Shown: positions 1 through 8,773, counted from the stretch's first letter. The stretch is DNA of 64,000 bases from an uncultured delta proteobacterium (GCA_963808235.1 CAWEEQ010000004.1:2656001-2720000), one strand, 5' to 3'. Numbers and translations: made by a program. The notes: a model not told the origin generated them from the letters alone.

Positions 1-278
1 CGTCGGCGGGACAAACGGTCGCATCCGCTCCCGCCGAGATAACGATCAACTTCGACGCTCCGATAGAGAAGCTGTTCGCCAAGCTGGAAGTGACCGGCGC
101 CGACGGCAAGAACGAAGCGGCCGGCGCTCCGCAGATCAGCGACGACGGACGGCGGATGTCGGTGAAGGTCAACGCGCTCAAACCCGGCGACTACGCGGTC
201 AAGTGGGCCGTCGTAGGTATCGATACGCATCATACGCAAGGCTCGTACACGTTCGCGATCGCAAGCGGAGGATCGTGA
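1..278 (+). CDS. copC: Copper-binding periplasmic protein CopC (5' truncated by the window edge)
   Basis: The frame is open from position 3: ..SAPAEITINFDAPIE...LKPGDYAVKWAVVGIDTHHTQGSYTF, matching the CopC C-terminal Y-x-V-x-W...D-x-H...G-x-x-x-F pattern; it overlaps the copD start (GTGA). Confidence 0.9.
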   Translation, partial: SAGQTVASAPAEITINFDAPIEKLFAKLEVTGADGKNEAAGAPQISDDGRRMSVKVNALKPGDYAVKWAVVGIDTHHTQGSYTFAIASGGS

Positions 279-1141
279 TCGAACCAGCGGTAATTCTGGC
301 CTGGCCATTGATCACGGCCCAGATCGTGATTTTTGGAACTGCGGCTTTTGCGCTGATGACATCACCTGGCGAGGTCCCGGGCGGCGATGGACCGACCCAC
401 GCCCTCATCGTGCTATGGCGCGGACTGGCGCTTGCGATTCTTGCAATTTCGCCGGTGAGGTTCCTGGCCGTGGCGGCCGGCATGGCCGACACTACGTTGA
501 AGGAAGCCATTCCATTTGTGCCGCAGATAATGCGCGAAACATTCGCCGGGCGGGTGTGGGCATGGCGACTCGGCGTCGACGCGATTCTGGCGATTGCGGC
601 GTGGCTTCCAGCGCGTCGGAAGCTCCCGGTTCTGATCTCCGCGATTTCGTGCGCACTGCTCCTATTCCAGAGCGTCACGAGTCACGCGGTGGATAGCGGC
701 GCGTACGCGATCGCAATTGTATTCATTCATCAGGTTGCCGCGGGCTTGTGGATCGGAGCGCTGGTAACCTTGCTGGTTGGAGCAACCTTCGGCCGCGCGG
801 GCGCCGAGTGGCTCAAGTGGGCTTCGGGGCGAGTGTCAACGACTGCGGGATGGTCGGTAGCGGCGCTTGCCATCACCGGCGCGATCAGGGCGTGGTACGC
901 GCTCGGACTGCGCTACGACCTGCTGGTGTATTCGCTCTACGGCCGCACCCTGCTCTGGAAGCTCGCGACCGCGGCAACGGTGATTCTGATCGGCGGATAC
1001 AACCGCTATCGCCTGGTGCCGGCAGTGGGCGAAGCGTCGGCGCGCACGACGCTGATTCATAATGTCACCCTGGAATGCCTGCTGCTGGCCGCGGTTCTCG
1101 GTTGGTCCGCGCTGCTGGCCAACACGCCGCCGCCGCATTGA
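275..1141 (+). CDS. copD: Copper transport membrane protein CopD
   Basis: Multi-TM protein with TSHA, FIHQVAAGLWIGAL and YGRTLLWK..GGYNR CopD motifs; GTG start at 275 overlaps the copC stop. Confidence 0.9.
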   Translation: MIEPAVILAWPLITAQIVIFGTAAFALMTSPGEVPGGDGPTHALIVLWRGLALAILAISPVRFLAVAAGMADTTLKEAIPFVPQIMRETFAGRVWAWRLGVDAILAIAAWLPARRKLPVLISAISCALLLFQSVTSHAVDSGAYAIAIVFIHQVAAGLWIGALVTLLVGATFGRAGAEWLKWASGRVSTTAGWSVAALAITGAIRAWYALGLRYDLLVYSLYGRTLLWKLATAATVILIGGYNRYRLVPAVGEASARTTLIHNVTLECLLLAAVLGWSALLANTPPPH

Positions 1142-1226
1142 CGAAAGTTTTGCGCCAGGCACCGCGATCGCGATGCCAATGGACATTGAACTCGGGGGAC
1201 GGTTACTTTAGAACGGTAACTGCGCT

Positions 1227-1541
1227 ATGAGGCAATTCTTTTCAAAGGCGGACTTGCGGGACCTGAGTTTGGTCATGGCCATAGTGATGCTGTTGGCCAG
1301 CATCCCCGTGACTGAGGGGTTCGTCGTCGTCTCGAGGCCGAGCGGACCAGAATTGACCGCCAACATTTGCCAGCCGATTCAAATGTTCGACCGCGCGTCG
1401 AACACGTTGCTCGCGCGCCCCGCGGCCGTCGCGCCGGAGGTCGTTCTCTGCGATCTGGGCCCGGCCGCGATAAAGGAGACGGTGCGATTGGTCGACATCA
1501 AGATCGCTCCCGACACTCCGCCCCCAAAGAGCCTCGTCTAA
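1227..1541 (+). CDS. Small exported/membrane-targeted protein with C-terminal PDTPPPK; candidate DUF2946/CruR-like regulatory uORF
   Basis: 104 aa; hydrophobic N-terminal segment, IC motif and second Cys, Pro-rich C-terminus; lies directly upstream of an OM transporter gene. Confidence 0.65.
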   Translation: MRQFFSKADLRDLSLVMAIVMLLASIPVTEGFVVVSRPSGPELTANICQPIQMFDRASNTLLARPAAVAPEVVLCDLGPAAIKETVRLVDIKIAPDTPPPKSLV

Positions 1542-1551
1542 GAACTCTCGA

Positions 1552-1642
1552 CAACGTTTCCTCTGATAGCCACGCTGCGAACCTCGCGGCGGAAGGCGTT
1601 TTCTCTGAGGCAAGCGGCGCGCCGCAAGGTGTCCGCTGGGAG
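1552..1642 (+). promoter_or_regulatory. Structured intergenic leader: two hairpins abutting the RBS of the OM barrel gene
   Basis: CGCTGCGA-ACC-TCGCGGCG stem, then AGCGG(C)GCGCC-GCAA-GGTGT-CCGCT (1613-1637, GNRA loop), immediately followed by GGGAG (1638-1642). Confidence 0.4.
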
Positions 1643-1649
1643 ATGTTCT

Positions 1650-2612
1650 ATGCGACGGAGTTATTGGGTTGCCCTGTTGGCAGGAGCGGCCGTTTTTCTG
1701 ATCGGCCTGACGCCCGATCTGAGCTGGGCCTGCGCTTGTGGATGTGGAGTCTACGAAGTCGGTACCGCAGCGTTGTTTCCGACCGACCACGGCGGAACGG
1801 TCTGGTTGGAGTATGACTACCAGGATCAGTACCTGAACTGGCATGCGACCCAAATCGCCTCAGGGGCCAAGAATGGCGACAAGAGAATCCGGACGCACTT
1901 TCTGACTCTCGGTGGTCAGTACATGTTCAACCGGAGTTGGGGAGTGCAGCTGGAGCTCCCGTACGCGTTTCGCTACTTCAAATCGACCAACGACGCCGGC
2001 CAGATTTTCGGGACCAACTTCAACACCATCGGGGACATCCGTATCCAAGGAATGTACACCGGGCTCTCGGAAGACATGTCGACGGGGCTGATGGCCGGCG
2101 CGAAGTTCCCGAGCGGATGGTGGACTTATCCGCATGCCGATCGAGACACCCAGATTGGCTCGGGGAGCACCGATCTACTGCTCTCGGCTTACCATCTCGG
2201 AACGTTTCCAACCCATGTTGGGAAGCTGCCGCTGACGTTCAGGGATCGCCCTTTCAACTGGTTTGTGCAGGCGTACGAGGATTTCCCGGTTTTCACGCAA
2301 GACCACTATACCCCGGGAAGGGAATTCGACTCGGCGCTGGGGGTCTACTACAACTTCGGCACGGTTGGCCCTTTGAAGGAACTCGCGCCGATGCTGACCT
2401 TTCTCGCTTCCGACCGCGCGCGTGACCAAGGCGCCTCTGCCAATCATGAGAACAGCGGCTATACGCGCTTTCTCATTGCTCCTGGAGCCGAGATCAAACT
2501 CGGAATCTTGCGACTATACGGAGACGTCGAGGTCCCGTTTTTTCAAAATATGATTGGTAATCAGATAACCGCGCCGCTCCTGTTCAAGACCATTGTAAGC
2601 TACGACTTCTAG
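1650..2612 (+). CDS. Outer-membrane beta-barrel transporter-like protein with N-terminal CACGC motif
   Basis: Signal peptide ending SWA, then CACGCG; alternating aromatic strands, GDIRI motif, C-terminal VSYDF beta-signal; ATG 1650 with GGGAG RBS. Confidence 0.75.
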   Translation: MRRSYWVALLAGAAVFLIGLTPDLSWACACGCGVYEVGTAALFPTDHGGTVWLEYDYQDQYLNWHATQIASGAKNGDKRIRTHFLTLGGQYMFNRSWGVQLELPYAFRYFKSTNDAGQIFGTNFNTIGDIRIQGMYTGLSEDMSTGLMAGAKFPSGWWTYPHADRDTQIGSGSTDLLLSAYHLGTFPTHVGKLPLTFRDRPFNWFVQAYEDFPVFTQDHYTPGREFDSALGVYYNFGTVGPLKELAPMLTFLASDRARDQGASANHENSGYTRFLIAPGAEIKLGILRLYGDVEVPFFQNMIGNQITAPLLFKTIVSYDF

Positions 2613-2621
2613 GAGCATCAG

Positions 2622-3155
2622 ATGCGCTCAAAAATGTCCTGGTTCGCCGCAGTTGTTGCCGGGATCCTTGCGTTTGCCGGTTCCAGCACTTTCGCGCGCG
2701 CGGCCACCGATGTCGGTCAGCCCGCGCCCGCGCTGGTCGTGCCGGAACTGGACGGCCAGGCGTTTGACCTAAGTGCGATGCGCGGGAAGGTCGTAATCGT
2801 CAATTTCTGGGCCACCTGGTGTCCTCCCTGCCGCGAGGAGATGCCGGCCCTCGACAGTTTCTATCGGCGCTATCATGGTCAGGGGCTTGAAATGATCGGT
2901 CTCAGCTCCGACCGCCCGCACAATCGGTCCGACGTGACCAAGGTCATGCAATCATTCAGCTATCCGGCGGCGATGCTGGATGACGCCAAGGTCAACGAGT
3001 TCGGCACATCCAGCGTTCTGCCGATCACCGTCATCGTGGATAGAAATGGCGTGGTGCGCGCGAAGCTTACCCCCGATCAAACCCCGGTTACCGAGAAGAG
3101 TCTATCCGACGCGGTGCTACCGCTGCTGGCGCAAAGTTCGGCGGCGAATCCTTAG
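2622..3155 (+). CDS. TlpA/ResA-like periplasmic disulfide reductase
   Basis: Signal peptide; VNFWATWCPPCREEMP thioredoxin motif. Confidence 0.92.
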   Translation: MRSKMSWFAAVVAGILAFAGSSTFARAATDVGQPAPALVVPELDGQAFDLSAMRGKVVIVNFWATWCPPCREEMPALDSFYRRYHGQGLEMIGLSSDRPHNRSDVTKVMQSFSYPAAMLDDAKVNEFGTSSVLPITVIVDRNGVVRAKLTPDQTPVTEKSLSDAVLPLLAQSSAANP

Positions 3156-3162
3156 GCTCCCA

Positions 3163-3492
3163 ATGAAGACCTTCGCCTTACTCGCGATCATTCTGATGGC
3201 TGGATGCTCAGCCGCGAACACTCACACCGGTGATATGGATCCGAGGCTCGCTGACCTGGAAGCACAGAGGCAGACGATCGCCGGGCGCGAGAAAAAGTGC
3301 ATCGACGAAACGCAGGCGCGTAGCCATGATCAAGTGGAGCGCGATCGGGAAGTTTTGGAATGCCACGCGACGGCGCATCACGAAAACGCCGAAATCTCCG
3401 AGCAAGAGCGCAAAGAATATGAGCTTCAGGCGCAGGAGGAGAGGCATCGTGCTTCCCTTATGGCGATTCTTACGACCTCTCAGCCACGCTGA
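3163..3492 (+). CDS. Hypothetical helical lipoprotein
   Basis: MKTFALLAIILMAGC lipobox from ATG 3163; coiled-coil-like body with two Cys. Confidence 0.7.
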   Translation: MKTFALLAIILMAGCSAANTHTGDMDPRLADLEAQRQTIAGREKKCIDETQARSHDQVERDREVLECHATAHHENAEISEQERKEYELQAQEERHRASLMAILTTSQPR

Positions 3493-3497
3493 GGACT

Positions 3498-4139
3498 ATG
3501 AATGGAAGTAGAATGGATTCGAGTCGAACTGCAGCCGATCTTGTTCATATGACTTCAACAGTGTCGATCGCCAGTACTGATTCGGCGCGCATCCCACAGG
3601 GAGGGGGTCTCGGAATGCAGGTTCTGCGCGATCTCGGTGGGGTCGCGCTGCTCGCAATCGCGTCGCTCGCGGCTGGACTCGTGATTAACCGGTTTTCACA
3701 CGGCCCGCTTCCAGTCGTGTATCAGACGCCAGAGGAGCGGTTCGATGCCGAGCTGACGACTCTGGTCGCGGCGCCGCCGTTTAAGATCGCGCCCGCGGCA
3801 ACGGTCGGACTCGATGAATTCCGCAAGGCCGTCGAAAGCAAGAGTGCGCTCATCCTGGATGCGCGCCCGTCCGTGTTCTTCGAACAGGGACACGTCCCGG
3901 GGGCGCTCAATCTCGCGCGAGACGACTTCGCGCGCGACTATCGGAACTTGGCTGGCGTGCTGCAGGCCGCCCATGACAAACCGATCGTCGTGTATTGCTC
4001 CGGTGGCGACTGTCATGACAGCCGGCTGGTTGCGAACGCGCTGCTGAGTCTCGGCATCAACAATGTGACGATCTTCACCGGGGGTTGGAATGAGTGGTCG
4101 GCGGCCGGACTGCCGGCATCGACGGGGAGCGGACCATGA
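3498..4139 (+). CDS. Membrane-anchored rhodanese-like domain protein
   Basis: TM segment; ILDAR..F..GHVPGA, active-site loop YCSGGDC, FTGGWNEW; start codon uncertain. Confidence 0.88.
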   Translation: MNGSRMDSSRTAADLVHMTSTVSIASTDSARIPQGGGLGMQVLRDLGGVALLAIASLAAGLVINRFSHGPLPVVYQTPEERFDAELTTLVAAPPFKIAPAATVGLDEFRKAVESKSALILDARPSVFFEQGHVPGALNLARDDFARDYRNLAGVLQAAHDKPIVVYCSGGDCHDSRLVANALLSLGINNVTIFTGGWNEWSAAGLPASTGSGP

Positions 4140-4624
4140 TGACGCTCGACAGCTCGCGCCGCTACGTCGTGTTGGCGATCAGCGCGGTGCTGGCCGGCGT
4201 GTTCATCTACGCGGGCATCGATAAGATTCGCGACCCGCTGCAGTTTGCGGATAGTATCGCGGCATTCGCGATCCTGCCGGTCGTGTTGATCAACCTGCCT
4301 GCGATCGGGTTGCCACCATTCGAGATAGGTTGCGCGCTCCTGTTGCTTCCGCCGGCGACCAGGCGGATCGGTGCGCTCGCCGTGGCTCTTCTGTCCGTCG
4401 TTTTCATGATCGCCCTGTCGTCCGCACTGCGTCGAGGTCTCACGCTCGACTGCGGATGTTTCGGGACCGGCGCGCCGTCGCGGCCGAGAATGTGGTTGGA
4501 GCTGGCGCTGGACGCAGGTTTGTTCGCGGGCGCGGTGTTCGTCTATTTGAGCTCGATCGCCCGCCTCTCCGCGCGGACGCCGTCTCTCTCTTCTTCACCG
4601 CAGCCTCAGGTTACAAACGAGTGA
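4136..4624 (+). CDS. MauE/DoxX family redox-associated membrane protein
   Basis: FIYAGIDK, LPPFEI, LDCGCFG motifs; ATGA overlap with the rhodanese stop. Confidence 0.9.
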   Translation: MMTLDSSRRYVVLAISAVLAGVFIYAGIDKIRDPLQFADSIAAFAILPVVLINLPAIGLPPFEIGCALLLLPPATRRIGALAVALLSVVFMIALSSALRRGLTLDCGCFGTGAPSRPRMWLELALDAGLFAGAVFVYLSSIARLSARTPSLSSSPQPQVTNE

Positions 4625-4666
4625 CCGGCGACAACAACAATCCAAATATCAGGAATGGATGCAAAT

Positions 4667-5266
4667 ATGAGTATTCATCGTAGTCTCAGATCTCTAGCTA
4701 TCGTCGCAGCAATAACGTCGAGCCTGCTCGCGGTGACTGGATGCCATCGCGGCGCCGCCGCGGATGACGCGGCCGCCTCGAACTGCCTCACGGACACCAG
4801 CCTCATCGATCAGAATGGCGACAAGGTCTCGCTCGCGTCGCTCAAGGGCAAGCCGCTGGTGGTGGATTTCATCTATACGTCGTGTCCGGGGCCGTGCCTG
4901 ATGGAGACGGCGAAGCTGGCCAACGTCGCGCTTCGATTGGGAAGCGATCTCGGTTCAAAGGTCATGATCGTTTCGATCAGCGTCGATCCCGAGCATGACG
5001 GGCCCAAACAATTGCTCGCTTACTCGCGTCAGCAGGGCGCGGACGAGAAGGGCTGGTATTTCCTGACCGGAGGTCCCGGCGACGTCGACAAAGCGCTGGC
5101 GGGTTTCAAGCTCAGCAGGCAAATCGAACCCGATGGCTCGGTCGGGCACCTGGTCGATATGATGCTTATCGGACCCGACGGGCGGCTGGTTCATGAATAC
5201 AACGGCGAAGTCGTAAAAGCTCAGACTATCGTCGATGATGTCAGGAAGACCCTGAACAAGAGTTGA
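4667..5266 (+). CDS. SCO1/SenC family copper chaperone (lipoprotein)
   Basis: DFIYTSCPGPC (CxxxC), ISVDPEHD, conserved His in VGH; lipobox VTGC. Confidence 0.9.
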   Translation: MSIHRSLRSLAIVAAITSSLLAVTGCHRGAAADDAAASNCLTDTSLIDQNGDKVSLASLKGKPLVVDFIYTSCPGPCLMETAKLANVALRLGSDLGSKVMIVSISVDPEHDGPKQLLAYSRQQGADEKGWYFLTGGPGDVDKALAGFKLSRQIEPDGSVGHLVDMMLIGPDGRLVHEYNGEVVKAQTIVDDVRKTLNKS

Positions 5267-5276
5267 AGGGTGCAGC

Positions 5277-5741
5277 ATGAGACGAGCAATCATTTTCGGA
5301 TCTTCGCTCGCGACGATTCTGGCGCTGGCATATTTGTGGCCGATGGTCGCTGGTTCGTCGGCGCAGAGCGGCGGTCCTCGCGGAGCGATGTGCGTCGCGG
5401 GCCATTGCTGCTGCTCGGGACGCGCAGAGGCGCAGACCGTCGCGGCTAACGAATCACAAGGCGCTCCGACGCTCGATCCAAAGCAGTTCGTGGGTCCGGT
5501 AAGAGAGGCGTACACATTTGCGGGGAAGGATCCCGCGCTGCTGGCGCAACTGCATTGCTACTGCGGATGCGACAAGGCGTTCGGTCATCAGAGCCTGCTC
5601 GATTGCTATCGCGGCACCCATGGAGCGACGTGCGAGGTCTGCACTCAGGAGGCGTTGCTGGCGAAGCGCATGTCGGAGCAAGGTTCGCCGGTCGATGAGA
5701 TACGCAACGCGATTCGCAGAAACTTCGCGCCCGACAATTGA
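5277..5741 (+). CDS. PCYCGC/CYCXC-motif Cys-rich exported protein
   Basis: LHCYCGC...GHQSLLDCY...HGATCEVC motif set; extra N-terminal MCVAGHCCC. Confidence 0.85.
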   Translation: MRRAIIFGSSLATILALAYLWPMVAGSSAQSGGPRGAMCVAGHCCCSGRAEAQTVAANESQGAPTLDPKQFVGPVREAYTFAGKDPALLAQLHCYCGCDKAFGHQSLLDCYRGTHGATCEVCTQEALLAKRMSEQGSPVDEIRNAIRRNFAPDN

Positions 5742-5795
5742 GTTGCGGGGGACAACCTATTTGCGACGTCGTGCTTTTCAATCACAATCGCTTCG

Positions 5796-6983
5796 ATGCG
5801 ATTGAATGCCGAAGCACAGCGACCGCCAGGTGACCGCCTGAAGGAAACCGAACGCCGACGCCGAATCATGATCGTGGCGGGCGAGGCGTCGGGCGACCTT
5901 CATGGCGGCGACCTGGCGCGCGAGATCGCGGCGCGCAATCCGGGCTGCGAACTGTTCGGAATAGCCGGCGAGAAGATGCGCGCGGCGGGAGTGCGAGCGC
6001 TGGTCAGGATGGAGGATATCCACGGGCTCGGACTCTCCGAACTCGCCTCGACGATCGGACGCACGGTTTCCGCGTTTCGCGAGCTGCGGAGGATCATCAA
6101 GCGCGACAAGCCCGACCTCGTGATCCTGATCGATTACGCCGAATTCAACCTGATTCTCTCCGGCACCGCCCGGCGCGCGGGCGTGCCAGTGCTCTATTAC
6201 ATCACGCCGCAGGTGTGGGCGTGGCGGCGCGGGCGCGTCGACAAGCTGGTCGATCGCGCGGACCGTCTCGCGGTGGTGCTGCCATTCGAGAAGGAGCTGT
6301 TTCATCGCGCGGGCGAGCGGGTTTCATTCGTCGGGCATCCTTTGCTTGACCGCGTCGCGAAGGTGTCGAGTCGCGCGGAGACGTTGAAGCTTCACGGATT
6401 TTCACCAGGAGCACGACTGATCGCGATTCTGCCCGGGAGCCGCCGCGCGGAAGTTCGCTACCTGCTGAAGCCGATGGTGGAGGCGGCGCGGATCATTGCG
6501 CGCGACAATAACCTGGAAGTAGCGCTCGCGCTCGCGCCGACGCTGACCCGCGACGAACTTGCCGCGGTCGGGCGCGCAGATCTCGCCGGAGTGCGAATTG
6601 TCGAGAACGATACGTATAGTATTGTCGCCGCGAGCCAGCTTGCGCTGGTGGCGTCGGGGACTGCCACGCTCGAGACGGCGCTGCTCGGATGCCCCGAGGT
6701 GATCGCTTACAAAGTCTCGCCACTTACCTATATTCTAGGGCGGATGCTTGTGACCGGAGTGGATTTTATCGGGATGCCGAACATATTGGCGGGCCAGCAA
6801 ATTGTGCCGGAACTGATCCAGGGCGAGGTGACCGTGGAAAACCTCGTGCGGGCCGCCGAGCCGCTGCTCAGCGATACGATTCGCGCCGAAACAGTAACGG
6901 CGCTCGGCGCGCTGCGTGACAAGCTGGGCGCTCCGGGAGCCGCCGGCCGCGTCGCCGAAATTGCGCTGAGCATGATCGCATGA
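5796..6983 (+). CDS. lpxB: Lipid-A-disaccharide synthase
   Basis: VAGEASGD, PQVWAWR, FVGHPL, LPGSRRAE, ASGTATLE motifs. Confidence 0.97.
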   Translation: MRLNAEAQRPPGDRLKETERRRRIMIVAGEASGDLHGGDLAREIAARNPGCELFGIAGEKMRAAGVRALVRMEDIHGLGLSELASTIGRTVSAFRELRRIIKRDKPDLVILIDYAEFNLILSGTARRAGVPVLYYITPQVWAWRRGRVDKLVDRADRLAVVLPFEKELFHRAGERVSFVGHPLLDRVAKVSSRAETLKLHGFSPGARLIAILPGSRRAEVRYLLKPMVEAARIIARDNNLEVALALAPTLTRDELAAVGRADLAGVRIVENDTYSIVAASQLALVASGTATLETALLGCPEVIAYKVSPLTYILGRMLVTGVDFIGMPNILAGQQIVPELIQGEVTVENLVRAAEPLLSDTIRAETVTALGALRDKLGAPGAAGRVAEIALSMIA

Positions 6984-8773
6984 AGATGCTCACCCCATTG
7001 CAATTGCGCATGCTCGGATACCTCCGCCGGTACATGTTTCCCTACGTGGTATTGCTTGCAATCGCGATGCTCACGCTGTCAGCGGCTACCGGGGGCGTGC
7101 CGGTGCTGGTACGGATGGTGGTCGATCTCGGGACCAGTCTCGGCGTTTCGCATCGTCTCGATAGGCACGGCGCCTTCATGCTGCGGGAATACTCGCTGGT
7201 GCTGGCGGGACTATTTTTGCTCCGCGCGATCGCCAATTTCTCCGATGACTATTTGAGCGCCTACATCGCCCAGAAGGTCACGATGGATCTTCGCGCCGAT
7301 CTCAACGAAAGCCTGCAACGCCAATCGCTCAGCTTTTTCAATCGCACCCCGACTGGAGTGATGGTTTCACGCGTGATCAATGATGTGAACCTCGTCACGC
7401 AAGCCATCACCAACGGAGTATTTTCCGTCTTCGGCGGCGGCGCGTCGCTGATAGTGCTTCTCGTGGTCGCATTCAAGCTCGATTGGCGGCTGGCGATTGT
7501 CGCCTTTATCGGTTTCCCAATCGTCGTCATTCCGATCGTAAGTCTTTCCAAGAAAGTGCGCCGCGAGACCAAGAATTCACAGAAGCAAATGAGCGGCCTG
7601 CAATCGCTGCTGCACGAAACCTTCCAGGGAAACCGCGTCGTCAAGGCGTTCGGGATGGAAGATTACGAGCGCAAGCGATTCAACCGCGAGCTGAAGCGCC
7701 TGTTTCGAATCTACCTGCGCGTCGCGCGAATCAAAGCGTTTACCGGTCCGCTGATCGAGGCGATGGGGGCGTTCGCGGTCGTGGCGGTCGTATGGTGGGC
7801 GATGGGCTCGCTGCAATCGGGCGCGCGCACGCTCGGTCAATTCGCCGGTTTTTTCACGGTGATGATCCTGGTGTACCCGCCCTTCAAGAGCGTCAGCAAG
7901 ACCAACAACACCATCCAGCAGGGGCTCGCCGCCGCCGAGCGCGTCTTCGAAATGATGGATCATCCGAGCGATGTGCCCGACAATCCCGATGCGACGGAGC
8001 TAGCGCACGGCCCGCATAGCATCGCGTTCGAAAACGTGAGTTTCAGATACGGCGAGGAATGGGTGCTGCGCGATATCAACCTCGAGATTGGCGCGGGCAA
8101 GGTGGTGGCGCTGGTCGGGATGAGCGGTGGCGGCAAATCCACGATCGCGGACCTGATTCCGCGCTTCTATGACGTTCAGAAAGGGCGCGTAACGATCGAC
8201 GGAATCGACGTGCGCAACCTGAAAATTGCATCGCTACGCGCGGAAATCGGCCTGGTCACTCAGCATACGTTTCTCTTCGACGACACGATTCGCGACAACA
8301 TCGCGTACGGCAGCGGCGACCGGAAACTCGATCGGCTGAGCGCGGCCGCCAAGCTCGCCAACGCGCACGACTTCATCTCACGGCTGCCGGCGGGCTACGA
8401 GACGATGGTCGGTGAGCTGGGCGTTCGCATGTCGGGCGGCGAGCGCCAGCGTATCGCGATCGCGCGCGCACTCTTGAAGGACGCACCGATCCTGATTCTC
8501 GACGAAGCGACTTCTTCACTCGACTCGGAGTCAGAACGATCGGTGCAGGAGGCGCTCGAGCATCTGATGGCGAATCGAACCACGCTGGTGATTGCGCATC
8601 GCTTGTCCACCGTGCGCCGCGCGGATCGAATTGTAGTGATCGTCCACGGTCGAATCGTCGAAGAGGGAACTCACGACGAGCTGTTCGCGCGGGGCCGCGA
8701 ATATCGCAAACTTTACGATCTCCAGTTCATGTCGCCCGAGGATCTCGCCGGCAACGGCGGACTCGTCAACTGA
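6980..8773 (+). CDS. msbA: Lipid A flippase ABC transporter MsbA
   Basis: TM domain plus NBD (GMSGGGKST, SGGERQR, ILDEATS); lies between lpxB and waaA. Confidence 0.92.
   Translation: MKMLTPLQLRMLGYLRRYMFPYVVLLAIAMLTLSAATGGVPVLVRMVVDLGTSLGVSHRLDRHGAFMLREYSLVLAGLFLLRAIANFSDDYLSAYIAQKVTMDLRADLNESLQRQSLSFFNRTPTGVMVSRVINDVNLVTQAITNGVFSVFGGGASLIVLLVVAFKLDWRLAIVAFIGFPIVVIPIVSLSKKVRRETKNSQKQMSGLQSLLHETFQGNRVVKAFGMEDYERKRFNRELKRLFRIYLRVARIKAFTGPLIEAMGAFAVVAVVWWAMGSLQSGARTLGQFAGFFTVMILVYPPFKSVSKTNNTIQQGLAAAERVFEMMDHPSDVPDNPDATELAHGPHSIAFENVSFRYGEEWVLRDINLEIGAGKVVALVGMSGGGKSTIADLIPRFYDVQKGRVTIDGIDVRNLKIASLRAEIGLVTQHTFLFDDTIRDNIAYGSGDRKLDRLSAAAKLANAHDFISRLPAGYETMVGELGVRMSGGERQRIAIARALLKDAPILILDEATSSLDSESERSVQEALEHLMANRTTLVIAHRLSTVRRADRIVVIVHGRIVEEGTHDELFARGREYRKLYDLQFMSPEDLAGNGGLVN

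Noticed and set aside
203-274. N-terminal extension of CopD in the ORF track
   Set aside because: Overlaps copC; GTG at 275 overlapping the copC stop is the better start
1158-1177. Palindrome GGCACCGCGATCGCGATGCC, giving GG-N10-GC on both strands
   Set aside because: Poor -12 element (TCGC); CGATCG palindromes are abundant here, so it cannot be called a sigma54 promoter or operator
2622-5741. Possible selenocysteine (TGA) readthrough in the redox genes
   Set aside because: All redox motifs are encoded as Cys in uninterrupted frames
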